Of a stretch of 64,000 bases of DNA, positions 41,667-54,321 are shown piece by piece. The number at the start of each line of letters is the position of its first letter. Position 1 is the first letter of the stretch. The translations under genes and the position numbers were made by a program. The stretch is from an uncultured Spirochaetota bacterium. Its GTDB lineage: Bacteria > Spirochaetota > Spirochaetia > SZUA-6 > CAVTHK01. The notes beneath the pieces are model-generated. The model ran no database searches. It was given only the letters and a program-made list of their open reading frames with translations, and was not told the DNA's origin. The DNA lies in the NCBI GenBank assembly GCA_963734495.1, contig CAVTHK010000009.1:352001-416000 (forward strand). Direction: 5' to 3'.

Positions 41667-42730
41667 CCGCACCTACCACAGTAACCCCAGAACGACCAGC
41701 CGGGACCAACCTGGCTGGATTGACCCGCACCGATTACCGCGGCGCGCAATCGACGCTGTGCGCTGGCTGCGGGCATAATTCGATCGCCAGCCAGATCGTC
41801 GCGGCCTGTTACGAGATTGACCTGTGTCCCCGAAAAAGTGGTGAAATTCAGCGGGATTGGCTGCACCAGCAAGAGCCCGACCTATTTCCTGAGCCGTTCC
41901 TTCGGCTTCAACGGCCTGCATGGACGGATGCCTTCTCTGGCGCTGGGCGCGATGTTCGGCGACCACACCATGCGCGGGATCGGCATCAGCGGCGATGGCG
42001 ATACCGCCAGCATTGGCATGGGGCAGTTCAAGCACCTGGTCCGACGCAACCTGCCGATGGTTTATATCGTCGAGAACAACGGCGTGTACGGCCTGACCAA
42101 AGGCCAGTTTTCGGCCACGGCTGAACGCGGTTGCGCTGAAGAAACAAGGCACCAATCCTTACCTGCCGGTCGATATCTGTATGGAAGCGCTGGCTGCCAA
42201 TGCGACCTTTGTGGCGCGCTCCTTCGCCGGCGATCCCAAACAGGTCAAAGAGCTGATCAAGGCGGCCTTCAGCCACAAGGGGATCGCCGTGTTGGATATC
42301 ATCAGCCCCTGCGTGACTTTCCACAACCAGGATGATTCGATCCACTCCTATGCTTTTGGCAAGGATCACGAAGCGCCGCTGCATGAGATTTCCTTTGTTC
42401 CCGCGCGGGATGAAATCACTGATCGAGGATTATGAAGAAGGCACCCAGCGCGAAGTGGAGCTGCACGACGGTTCGACGATCGTTTTGAAGAAATTGGAAA
42501 AAGACTACGATCCGACCAAGCGCTCGGAAGCCTACCGCGTGCTGGAAGAGGCCCAGGCAGAAAACTGGCTGGTAACCGGGCTCATTTATATCGCCCCCCA
42601 GGTGCCCTCCATTTTCGAAGCGTATAATCTTCCCGACAAACCGCTCAACCGGCTGACTGAAGATGAGATCCGGCCTTCGAAAGAAAGCCTGGATGAGCTC
42701 AACAAGATGTTTCGTAAAAGCAGCGTATAG
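41663..42730 (+). CDS. korB: 2-oxoacid:ferredoxin oxidoreductase subunit beta; frameshifted
   Basis: LCAGCGH, SGIGC, LHGR, SGDGD, NNGVYGLTKGQ, SPCVTF. Confidence 0.9.
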
Positions 42731-42819
42731 GCGTGGACAACGAAGAACTGTGTGGGTATGTCTTTGCCATCCGACGCAGTCTCAAAAAATATCCTCTAAT
42801 CATTATTCTGTACCAGTGG

Positions 42820-43667
42820 CTATCGGACGATGGGGTCGCGGATCCAATCACTCCACGAACCGACATACAATCGTGCCCCGGGTAGCCCCGCGATTGGAGC
42901 GCGATCAGATGGTGGCAGGAGGTGACCCCCGAACCGCAGTAGACGATGGCGTTCGCGGCAAGTGGTCGCCCAGGATGTCGCTCGAATTCCTGGCGCAGCT
43001 GCTCCGGAGGATTTAAAAACTCCATGGTCGGCGGTGAGGTTCATCCCGTGGAAGCGATTGAGTGCGCCGGGAATGTGCCCGGCGATCGGATCGATCGGTT
43101 CTTGAATTCCCTGAAATCGTTCAGGAGCGCGGGCATCGATCAAGAAGGTGAGTGGGATCACTGCAAAATGGCCTTCACCTCCGTTGCGGTGACGAACATC
43201 TTCCGGATCAAAGCGGGGCGGATAGAGAAAGCTGGTCGGGACAGGCACTTCTTCACCGGTGCGCGATGGCCGGTTTTCGGCTATCCACTTCGCATAGCCA
43301 CCATCCAGCAACCGGACCCCTGGATGCCCGATCGCATGCAGCATCCACCATAGACGCCCGGCGATACCCACCGCCCACCGTGTCGTAAACGACGACCCGG
43401 GTTAGGGGGTGATTCCCCAATGCGCCAGGGTTTCTGAAAAGCGGATAGCATCCGGCAGCGGATGGCGTCCAGTGTGTGGGGTGCCGGAGACAGCCAGATC
43501 GTGGTTCAGATCGACATGAAATGGCGCCAGGAATATGTCCTTCCAGGTAGTTCAGTCTGCCCCAGGCCGGGTCGGACAGGCTGAAACCGGCAGTCAAAAA
43601 CCAACACATCCGGTTGGTAGAGGATTTCGGCGAGTTCTTGGGTGGTGATCAAAGGGGATTGGGTCAT
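42820..43667 (-). CDS. Sulfurtransferase (rhodanese, SseA-like); frameshifted
   Basis: YLEGHIPGA, DARAPERF, GHIPGA, YCGSGVTSC, YVGSWSDW. Confidence 0.88.
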
Positions 43668-43681
43668 GGGAAATCCTTTTT

Positions 43682-45140
43682 TTATACCTTCACCGATCGT
43701 ATGCAGTAAGGCGAAATTTGGCTGGCGCAGTGCGCCAACGGGGTAACCGGTTACCACCACGACCTGCTGTCCGGCTTCGATCGGCGTGGATGATAGAATT
43801 GCATTTTCGACGATCGAGATCATCCCTTCAACGGAATTAGCAAACGGGACCAGAAACGGGCAGACCCCCCAAATCAATCCCAGGCGGCGATAGGTAGATA
43901 CTTCCGGCGTAAATGCCAGAATGGGAACCTGCGGCCTGGTTTTAGACATCAGCAGGGCCGATTTACCACTTTGGGTGAAGACCGCGACTGCCGCGACGTT
44001 GCGGTCGTGAGCCAGCTCGCGAGCAGCGCGCGTGGTCGAAATGGCATCGTCACGGGTGGGTTCATCCGGGATGGCACTGGGCACTGCCCCATGCGGAATA
44101 ATGATCCTCCGCTTCGCGCACAATCGCATCCATCATCTGGATACTTTCCAGTGGATATTCTCCGCTGGCAGTCTCTCCGGAAAGCATGACTGCATCTGTG
44201 CCATCGAATATCGCGTTCGCCACATCGGATGCTTCAGCCCGGGTGGGACGCGGATTGTGGATCATCGAATCCAGCATCTGGGTGGCAGTGATCACGATCT
44301 TCGTATGACGGTTGGCTGCCTGGATGATCTCTTTTTGCAGAATGGGCACGCGCGCCGCGCTGGTTTCCACTCCCAGGTCGCCGCGTGCAACCATGACCCC
44401 GTCGGCAGCGTGGATGATTTCATGCAGGTTTTCGATAGCCTCGGGCAGCTCCAGCTTGGCGATGATGGGCGTGTTCGCTTTCTTTGGATTCAGTTTCTTG
44501 ATGGTTTCGCGCACGTTTTCAACATCTTGCGCAGTGCGGACAAAAGAAATTGCCAGAGCATCAATGTCTTGCTCCAGACCGAAGGCCAGATCCTCGTTGT
44601 CTTTCACTGTGAAACCCGGGATATCCAGTCGGGCGCCGGGAAAATTGACCCCTTTATGTGAGCTGAGGATCCCGCCCAGGATGACTTTAGCCTGGATGGC
44701 GCCGTGGTCGATCGCCTGAATTTCAAGTTCCAGGTTGCCATCGTCCAGCAAAATGCGCTTACCCGGCGACAGGCTGTGGGTCAGATCAGGGATGTCGATC
44801 GGTATATCGAGTGACCCCTGCGATTGGAGGCAATATTCCGACGGGATTATAAATTGGCGTCAGGCGGATGATCTGACCGGCGGTAAGGTGGATGCCTTCG
44901 TCAGGCAGCCAACCGACGCGCAATTTGGGTCCCTGTAAATCTTGCAGGATGGTGATCGGGCGGTTAAGTTCCTGAGAGAGCTGGCGAAGCGATATTATCC
45001 TCTGGGCATGTTCTTCATGAGTGCCATGAGAGAAGTTCAACCGGGCGACATCCAGGCCCGCTAGGATCATCTTACGCAGCATCGACTTCTTCTTTACTGC
45101 TTGGGCCAATTGTGGCGACAATTTTTGCTCTTCGATCCAT
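43682..45140 (-). CDS. pyk: Pyruvate kinase; frameshifted
   Basis: [41 protein letters not shown]. Confidence 0.95.
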
Positions 45141-45152
45141 CTGGTTCTCCGA

Positions 45153-46357
45153 TTAATTCATTAACAAGACTTCACGGATCGCCGGCAGCGCCCAGTCGAT
45201 AGTCTCCTGATCGATGATCAGCGGTGGGGCAAATCGGATGGTGTTAAGATGGGTTTCTTTCGCCAGGATACCGCGATCACGAAGTGCTTCACAAAAACGG
45301 CGGGCGCCGCGTGCTTCGGGTTTTAACTCAACGCCGATCAATAATCCTTTGCCGCGAACTTCTTTGACGTGGGGGCTGGGAATTTCGGCCAGCTGGTCCT
45401 GTAGATATTCACCCATCCTGGCGGCGTTTTCGACCATATTTTCCTCGACGATTACGCGCAGCGCAGCGCGGGCGATGGCGGCCGCCAGGGGATTCCCGCC
45501 GAAGGTCGAACCGTGATCGCCGGGAACGAACAGGTCCATCAATCGGGCATCGGTCAGAATTGCAGAAATCGGGTAGAAACCACCCGATAAGGCTTTTCCG
45601 ATCACCATGATATCCGGGTGAACCTGCTCGAAATCGCAGGCAAACATTTTTCCGGTCCGGCCCAGACCCGTTTGAATTTCATCGGCGATCAACAGGATAT
45701 TATGCGCTTTGCAGATGGCGCTGACCTGTTTTAGATAACCATCTGGGGGCATGACAACCCCGACTTCACCCTGGATTGGCTCAATCAGTACCGCCGCCGT
45801 ATTGGGGATTAATCGCTTTTTCAATGGCCTTCGCGTCTCCAAACGGCACGGGGACAAATCCGGGGGTGAACGGTCCAAACTCATCGCGATAGCGCGGTTC
45901 GGTGGAAATAGAAATCATGGTGATGGTGCGGCCATGGAAATTGCCCTCGGCGGTGATCACTTCAGCTTGATGGTGCGGAATGCCTTTAACTGTATAGCCC
46001 CATTTGCGGGCCAGTTTAATTGCGATCTCAACAGCCTCCGCGCCGCTGTTCATGGGTAATGATTTTTCATAGCCGGTGAGGTTTGCCAGTTCCTGATAGA
46101 AAAGAGAGAGCTGCTTTACTCCGAAATGCCCGAGAGGTCAGGGTGACTTTTGAGGCCTGTTCGATCAACGCCTGTAAGATCTTAGGGTGGACATGCCCTT
46201 GGTTAAGGGCCGAATACGCGCTTAAGCAGTCCAGGTAACGGTTTCCTTCGACATCTGTGACCCAAACACCTTCGGCATGGTCAATGACTACATCTAACGG
46301 ATGGTAAATATTCGCTCCATATTTCTCTTCAAGTTCGACATACTCTCGGCTGTTCAT
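45153..46357 (-). CDS. rocD: Ornithine--oxo-acid transaminase; frameshifted
   Basis: [49 protein letters not shown]. Confidence 0.9.
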
Positions 46358-46369
46358 AGGTTCCTCGAT

Positions 46370-47294
46370 TTAGTCTGCAAGTAGCTTAACTAGAATGGCT
46401 TTTTGGGCATGCAAGCGATTGTGAGCTTGCGGAAAGATAACCGAATGCGGGCCATCAGCAACTTCATCGGTCAGCTCGTGATTGCGATGAGCTGGCAGGC
46501 AGTGCATGACGATGACGTCGGGGCGGGCTTCGGCGACCAAAGCTGCATTCACCTGGTAAGGCGGGAAGACCAGCTCGCGTTTCTTGGTTTCCGCTTCCTG
46601 TCCCATACTGGTCCAGGTATCGGTGTAAATGACATCTGCACCCCGCACGGCTATGTGCGGATCCCGCAAATGGGTCACTTTGCTGCCACTTTCCGCGGCG
46701 AACTTCTTGCCAACCTCGACGGCCTGCGGGTTCATATCATACCCTTCGGGGCAGGCGATGGTGAAGTTTGCGCCCAGTTTGGCGCAGATATGCAGCAAAG
46801 AAACGGCGACATTGTTGCCATCGCCAACGTAGGTTACATTCAAACCTTTCAACTGGCCAAATTTCTCGATGATGGTGAGGGCATCGGCCATTCCCTGGCA
46901 GGGATGGTTGTAATCGCTCAGGCCGTTGACCACCGGGATCGATGACCATTTGGCCAGTTCGAGGACATGGGCATGTTCGAAAACGCGCGCCATGATGTGC
47001 ATCGACATAGCCGGAAAGAACCCGAGCTACATCTGCAATCGACTCGCGCTGCCCCAGTCCGATTTCATTAGGAGAAAGATATAAGGCATCGCCGCCCAGG
47101 TGACGCATGGCCATATCGAAACTGACCCGGGTGCGCAGGCTGGGTTTCTGAAAAATCATCCCCAAGACTTTGCCCTTGAATAGAGGAGGGTTATCGCCTT
47201 TAAAATGACGGGTTTTTAATTCGATAGCCAGATTTAATAATTCCTGTAATTCCGCGGCGGAATAATCCGAGATGGCAATGAAATCTTTTTTCAT
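46370..47294 (-). CDS. argF: Ornithine carbamoyltransferase; frameshift near 47010
   Basis: KPSLRTR, HPCQ, TWTSMG, HCLP. Confidence 0.93.
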
Positions 47295-47410
47295 TGTGAA
47301 ACCTTTCAAATGAAGAGAGATGGTATCAACAATAAAAGTATAACATAGGCAAATAAACAGCCTCTACAGGAAATGGGATGAAGATCGCCGTAGGATGTCA
47401 TTGGTTATAT

Positions 47411-47458
47411 AAATACATAGATATTCCGGCTCACAAGAGCCGGAATATCTATGTATTT
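47411..47458. terminator. Perfect 22-bp hairpin, probable terminator after the LysM gene
   Basis: AAATACATAGATATTCCGGCTC-ACAA-GAGCCGGAATATCTATGTATTT. Confidence 0.75.
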
Positions 47459-47492
47459 TATTCTACCCTGAAGGATAGAAGGTGCGAATTGG

Positions 47493-48417
47493 CTAATTGA
47501 TGATGTATATGGTGTGAGAGGTAACCTGGGTTATGTCCTTCAAGCCGGTAGTTACCACTTTGACAACCCAATATTCGCCCACCGCCGCGCCAGAGGGAAT
47601 GGTGATTGTTTGACTGGAGGCGCCGCTCTGCGTTTGTGGTGCCATCATAGACGACACTGAAGTCCTGTCCCTGTTCACCGAGGCGATAGTCGATCTCTGT
47701 ATTGGCGGGGAAACCACTGACCGATACGGTTACAGACCCCCCAACAGCGGCCTGGGTGGCGGAAACGCTTACCCGGGCGTAGTAGCTAGTGTATGTTGTG
47801 GTAGAGGTATCGGAGATGTAAATCGTGTGGGAATTAACCGCGGTCACGTTCGCCAGGCTGGTGGTGATCACCTGGACTACCCAATACTCACCATTGGCCG
47901 CATCGGATGGGATGGTGATCGTCTGGTTGGTGGAACCATCCGAACCGACGGTCCCGTCGTAGACGACGCTGAAATCTTCTCCCGACTGGCCAACCCGGTA
48001 GTCAATTTCCGAATTCGCCGGGAATCCGGCGACATAAACGGTCACGGTACCTCCGACCGGGGCACGAGTTGTAGATAGCGTGACACGTGCAGACCCGTTG
48101 TAGGTGGTGTACCCGGGGTAGTAGTAATTGTTGTAAACAGGTGCGGAAGGCACAGGTGCGTTACCGGTCATGCGGAGTACCTGACCGGTGTAGATAAGGT
48201 TTGGATTGACGATCTGCGGGTTGAGCGCGAGGATTTCGGCGACTGTTGTCCCACAATACCTGGCAATCTTGGCCAGCCAATCCAGGGGCTCAACAGTGTA
48301 AGTATCACCACAGGTCCCTGATGCCAGTGCGGATGCAGAAGGTGCAGCCGCGACTGGAGTGAATAACTGACCGGCGACAAGAATAGCTGCCACCAGCGCA
48401 AATAAAACTGTTTTCAT
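47493..48417 (-). CDS. Secreted LysM protein with two tandem ~100-aa beta-rich repeats; frameshift near 47630
   Basis: Signal peptide, YTVE..WLAKIA..NPQIVNPNLIYTGQVL; repeated GFPAN.EIDYR.G..G.DFSVVYDG..TITIPS..GEYWVV. Confidence 0.85.
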
Positions 48418-48577
48418 TGGTTCCTCCGAGAACAAAAAAGGTGAATGCGATTTCGATCTACAAATAATAGTTTAAATGAACTGCCAATAAGAAATTACCA
48501 GATCCGTATCTATATTATATTGGCGTACCTTAAATATTCTATCCACAATTTGTTAATTTCTTGCATAGATATTTCAT

Positions 48578-49352
48578 TTAATGGTCGGTGTAGCGAGAAT
48601 TATCGATCAATTCTTTCAAGCGATCGTCTTCCGTCTTGGTGGCGATGGTTGGGCCAGCCTGAACCAGCTGCAATTCGGCTGCTTCGGCGGCAGTTAATTC
48701 TGCTGGAGATAAACGTCGGATCAGGCCCCATTTACCACAGTACACGCAGCGGTCAAATTTTGTGCGTAGTCCAGCATTTATGGCCCACCAATGCAAACTG
48801 AACGGACGGTGGCAGTGCGGACAGACGCCGCCGCCCGCCATGCCGTAGGCTCGGGAAGCGCCCATGGGGAGCGAATTGGCCGGCTTATTTCTTCTGGAAG
48901 AACATTTGCACACCAATGACGATGGCCATCACCAAAAGGATCCCGCCCAGTAGGGGTACGATAAATGAGACCATGAAACTGGATTCCTGCTCTGCAGATG
49001 CAAATTCGTACCGGCGTGAAGCAGTGGTCATTTTATTGCCATCCAGGGTTTCAACCACCGCACTAAGGTCATGCCACCCGAGGGCATATGTAGAAGTCTG
49101 AAAAGTTAAACTGAATGGGGCAGTTGAAACTGAAGATATTACCTGCCCATCGATCAGGTAGGTGACTGATTTAATATTTCCGGGACCAATAATATCCAGG
49201 TTAAAACTTCCCCGGATCTGGCTGCCGGAGCTGAAGCCAAAATTTCGGTGGACATTCAGGCGATAATCTTCTTGCTGGGCCTGAACCGAGAAAATGGTGC
49301 AGATCAGCAAGAACAATGTGATTAATATTGAGACCTTTACTTTGTGCGACAT
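48578..49352 (-). CDS. Membrane protein with extracellular Ig-like domain and C-terminal zinc ribbon; frameshifted
   Basis: Signal peptide, V.Y.IDG..APF, TM segment, CPHC...CVYC. Confidence 0.65.
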
Positions 49353-49374
49353 AGATCCCTCCAACCTCATTCCC

Positions 49375-50173
49375 TTACTTCCAACGGGTCAGGATAGTCT
49401 CTCTTTGGAAGAGGGAGACACCCAGGTACAATGAACCGATATCCAAGAAAAGCAGGACAACAATTGAAATCAGGATCAGTTGCAGATTGATCAGGACCAA
49501 CCCTGCGATCTGGCCAAACATAACTGCCAGCAGCGGGACGATCAGCACGGCCGAAATTTGCTCCGCGACCCGCGGGTCGTTCACCCGCGAGGAAACAATC
49601 ACCGCAAAGTTGACCGCCACAATTGCCATCAAAGGTCCAATTACCAGGATCGCGAGCAGCCAGGTGGGACCGAGAATACTGGCCTGAACCGCAGCACCGG
49701 CCCCGACCAGCGGCATTAGCGAGCAGGAATATGCCGAAACAACCATACGTTGCCAGGATAGCCGGGATAACAGCAGCCAGGATTTTGCCAGCCAGCAGTT
49801 CAGCGGTGGTGATCGGGGTTGCCAGCAGGGGCTCCAGGCTGTGGGTTGCCTTTTCTCCAACAATGCTGTACGCCGCGATGGTAATGGGAATCATCAGTGG
49901 CATAATCATGTATAACAGGAGAAACTGGTTGACCATATAGATCTGAAGGCAGTCTTGCGACGAAATTGGACCGCATAAAGCGGCAAATTGGGCTGGCATA
50001 TCCGACAGATCTCCCCCGGACCCACCAGTACCTGTTGAGCGGGTGAGGTAGAGGATTACCAGGGGCATTAAGGTAAACAGCAGCGGCAGCAGGGTGATGG
50101 TAAACAAAACCATCCGGTTTTTGAAAACTTCAGCCCATTCTTTTTCGACTATTGTGCGTATTCGTTCGACCAT
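49375..50173 (-). CDS. ABC-2 type transporter permease; frameshifted
   Basis: KEWAE, SIVGEKATHSLEPLLATP, RETILTRWK. Confidence 0.88.
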
Positions 50174-50198
50174 GATGGCATTCCGATCCTTTACCGAT

Positions 50199-51126
50199 TT
50201 ATGAATGGATCATTTCCAGGTAGATATCTTCCAGGCTGTGGCGCAGCTCACCCACGAATTGAATATCCGCGCCCAACTCGACCAGGCGGCGGATGATCGC
50301 CGGGTTTTGTGCTTCCGGGATTTCCAATACCCACCACCAGGCGATTTTCATCCGGTTGAATTTCACGTACACCGGGTATAGCGGCCAGAACCTGGACCCA
50401 TAGGGGATCCAGCAAGCGCAGGTGAAAGACGACTTTGCGACCGAACAACTTCGTGCGCAGCCCCTGCGGGGTATCGACGGTGATCAAATGGGATTTGAAG
50501 ATCGCAATCCGCTGGCACAGGCGGTCGGCTTCATCCAGGTTGTGCGTGCACAGAAAGATGGTGGTGCCTTCAGTTTTCAATTCTTCGATGAAATCACGTA
50601 CCAGGTGGGCTGCTTCAGGGTCCAGACCGCTGGTGGGCTCATCCAGAAAGAGAACTTTGGGTTGATGGAGAAGGGAACGAGCAATGGCTAACTTCTGGCG
50701 CATCCCCTTTGAAAAACCGCCCACTTCATCCATGCGGCGATCCCACAAGCCCAGCAGCCGCAGGAATTTCTCTACCTGACCGTTGACATCTTTCACCCCG
50801 TAGAGGCGGCCAAAAATGCGCAGGTTCATCTCCGCACTTAACCGGTCGTACATACCGGGGGTCTCGGTCAAAATCCCCACAATTTGGCGGATCTGATTGT
50901 CTTGCTTACCAATCTGCATACCGTCGATTACCGCCAATCCAGATGTGGGGGCGATCAGACTGGTGAGCATACGGACCGTTGTCGTTTTTCCTGCGCCGTT
51001 AGGGCCCAGGAAACCGAATACCTCTCCTTCATCGATATCGATGGACAGGTCATTTACCGCATTGACCGAGGTTTGGCCACGCCCTTTCGAAAACTGCTTG
51101 CATAGTTGCTCAGTATGAATCATCAT
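50199..51126 (-). CDS. ABC transporter ATP-binding protein; C-terminal frameshift
   Basis: GPNGAGKT, FSKGMRQ, LDEPT, THNL. Confidence 0.93.
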
Positions 51127-51296
51127 AGCACGTCACCAAAGGTAGGTTTGAGGAAGGATAAATTGAAATAATTAACCGATAAACAAAACGGTTTTAGAAT
51201 TCATTGAAACTGATAGTTTGATTTTACATGAATTTGAGGAATTGAAAGGTCAAAAAAGGGTCGAAATCTGTCAAGAAACGGTCAATTAGTGGACTG

Positions 51297-52169
51297 TTAA
51301 TCCCCAGTCAATTGACGTTTGGTTTCTTTTAGGCGAGAGAAAATTTTTTGATGTACGATCGCTGCCAGCGGAAGGATCCGGATCAGGATGATTTGCTTGA
51401 TAATCATACCCACCCGCCAGAACGCAAAACCAGCCAGGCCATGGGCGAGCACTGCAAAAAAAGGCGGAGTTTGAAACGTGTAATAGGTCCAACAGAAGCG
51501 GGTAGTCCCCCATATTTCCAGAAATAGACCCAGGGCAGAACCTGCCAGAAAGGTCAATGTAGCCAGGCGATAATCTCCAGGGGTCAGGATCAACAAGCCA
51601 CAGGAGAGTAAGGCCAGGATGGTAAGCGATTTATCGAGGAAGGGCCAGGTAAAAAAGCACATCAAAACAAAGAACCCCAGGAAGATAGGCACATAAATCA
51701 GGCGAAAAACAGGCGTCATCGTGGCAGGTATGCGCCGATTGACAAAACGGACCATGCGATCGATGGTTAAACTGGCAATCGGCCAGGCAGGAATTATCCA
51801 CAGCGGCGGTCGTTCTTGAGTGAAGTAAGTCCAAATCCGGGTTTGCGTCCCCCAGCCTTCGATCACCAGCCCGCCGCACATGCCAATCAAAACGATCCAG
51901 GCATCGCGACGAAAATCAGCACCAGCCATGATCGCCAGCGACATAAAAGCGAATATACCCAGCAGCAACCAATCCAACTGGTCCCAAATCGGAATATCCG
52001 GTGAGATCTGAGAGAAATATTCGACCACCAGCGGCCACCAGACGACGATAATCAGCAGGATGATCGCGACAAACGCGCTGAATAAATAATAAGAGGCCCG
52101 CGTCCAACCCAATGCGGCTGTCAGACGCTGGATTAGGCCGGGCTGTCTTTTCTGCGGGTCGTTTGACAT
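51297..52169 (-). CDS. Hypothetical polytopic membrane protein
   Basis: Many TM segments with repeated EGWGT..WTY / EIWGT..WTY motifs. Confidence 0.7.
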   Translation of the reverse strand: MSNDPQKRQPGLIQRLTAALGWTRASYYLFSAFVAIILLIIVVWWPLVVEYFSQISPDIPIWDQLDWLLLGIFAFMSLAIMAGADFRRDAWIVLIGMCGGLVIEGWGTQTRIWTYFTQERPPLWIIPAWPIASLTIDRMVRFVNRRIPATMTPVFRLIYVPIFLGFFVLMCFFTWPFLDKSLTILALLSCGLLILTPGDYRLATLTFLAGSALGLFLEIWGTTRFCWTYYTFQTPPFFAVLAHGLAGFAFWRVGMIIKQIILIRILPLAAIVHQKIFSRLKETKRQLTGD

Positions 52170-52184
52170 GGCGGACATTTTACC

Positions 52185-52573
52185 CTATCTTGCTCCGATC
52201 CGACCGACAAGTTTAACCTTGAACAGTGCTTCCATAAAGCGGTAGGGCGGCAGTGAGGCGAGTATAGCCAGGTCGTTGGGCCAGTTACCATCTTCATCCA
52301 GAAAACGAAAGATGTGTTGGATCGGATTGGCTTGAAAAAGGTGGGCGAACAGGCGGGCGCAATCCTCAGGATGGCGGTAAATAATCTGAAGCAAGAGGGT
52401 ATCGAATAACCGGTAACGCGAAGACGAACGGGGGATCGAAAACGGATGGCTGAGGTGAGATAATTCTTAAACGCAAACTCGTATTCTTCGTTGGTCAGTA
52501 GGTCAGCGGAGAATAATGTATATTCGACCAACGCCCGATTGGCGCTGAAAGGAAGGATATACTATTTTTTCAT
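52185..52573 (-). pseudogene. Lycopene cyclase-family remnant (two fragments; most of the gene missing)
   Basis: YILPFSANRALVEYTLFS...KNYL, then YRLFDTLLLQI...LF..NP...FRFLDE; no N-terminal FAD-binding domain. Confidence 0.55.
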
Positions 52574-54262
52574 TTCCCAACTTTGTCGAGAATCACCTCA
52601 GCTTTCAACGCTTTCAAGCGTTTCATCACGTCGTTGGCGCCGCGGCCAAAAGTATCATGCAGCTGCATATATTCGGCGAACAGGCGGTTGTAAATGGCAT
52701 GTGCCAGCAGGATCGGGGCGATATATCTCGTCGCGCAGACGAGCCATGGCGCCGGCAGCCGAGTAGATACTGTCATATCCGCCGGCTGCACTGCCAGCAG
52801 CTACTGCACCGAACATGGCGGAGCCGACGGCAGGGGTCTGCTTGGCGGCGCCGACTTTCACTTCCATGCCGGTGACATCGGCATAAATCTGCATCAACAG
52901 GTGGTTGCGATCCGGCAGACCGCCACAGCCGATGATTTCTTTCACCGGGACGCCGTGTTGGTTGAAGGCATCCACGATCACCCGCGTGCCGTAGGCGGTA
53001 GCCTCGATCAATGCGCGGTACATTTCCTCGGGTTTGGTCAATAGAGTCATACCCAGCATCAGACCGGTTAGATCAACATCGACCAGCACGCTGCGATTTC
53101 CATTCCACCAATCCAGGGCGACCAGGCCACTCTCGCCCGGTTTTAGCAAGGCTGCCTTGCGTTCGAGCAAAGTGTGAATATCCACACCTTGCTGTGCGGC
53201 TTCTTGCTGGTAAGCGGCGGGAACGCAGTTCTCGACAAACCAGGCAAAATGGTCGCCAACGCAGGATTGGCCGGCCTCGTAGCCGAAAAACCCAGGGATG
53301 ATGCCATCTTCCACGTAACCACACATGCCGGGAACGATTTGTTCTTTATCTCCGAGCACCATGTGGCAGTTGGAGGTACCCATAATAATCACCATTCGGC
53401 CCGTCTCAACGACGGTTGTGGCTGGGACGGAGACGTGCGCATCCACGTTGGCTACCGCAACCGCGGTGCCGGGTTTCAAGCCGGTCCAACGGGCGGCTTC
53501 GGCTGAAAGACCACCGGCTTTATCTCCCAGGGAAACGATATTCCGGCTTAATTTTTCATCAACAAAGTGCTCGAGACGGGGGTCGAGCGCCTTATAAAAT
53601 TCATTGGAAGGGAAACCCTCCCGTTTGGACCAGATGGCCTTATAACCGGCGGTGCAGCTGTTGCGTGTTTCGACGCCGGTCAGCTGCCAGATCACCCAAT
53701 CCGCCGCTTCAATAAACCGGTCAGCCGCGGTATAAACCTCGGGTGCTTCATTGAGAATTTGCCAGACCTTGGGGACAAACCATTCCGAACTGATTTTGCC
53801 GCCGTAGCGGTTGAGGAAACTGAACCCTTTTTCACGAGCGATTTCATTTAAGCGGTTGGCTTCCGGCTGGGCGGCATGATGTTTCCATAATTTTATCCAG
53901 GCATGTGGATTGGCGCGCCACTGCGGAAGGAAGCACAGCGGGGTGCCATCGGCTTTGGTAGGCAGCATGGTGCAGGCTGTGAAATCGACACCAATCCCGA
54001 TCACATCTTGCGGGCTTACGCGGCTTTCCTTCAGCACTGCCGGGATGGTACGCTTGAACACTTCGAGATAATCGTTGGGGTCCTGGAGTGCCCAATCGGG
54101 TTCAAGCCTGATATTGGTCTCAGGAAGACGCTCGTCAATCACGCCATTGGCGTAACGATGGACCGCGGTGGCGATTTCTTCTCCAGTGCCCACGTCAACC
54201 AGGACAGCCCGACCGGACTCGGTGCCGAAATCCACTCCAATAGCATATTTTTTTTCAGCCAT
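52570..54262 (-). CDS. araB: Ribulokinase; C-terminal frameshift
   Basis: [41 protein letters not shown]. Confidence 0.95.
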
Positions 54263-54321
54263 CTTATTCCTCCTCAGATTGATGAAAACAATTCTGGTTA
54301 ACCCTCAAAGGTTATAGATCA

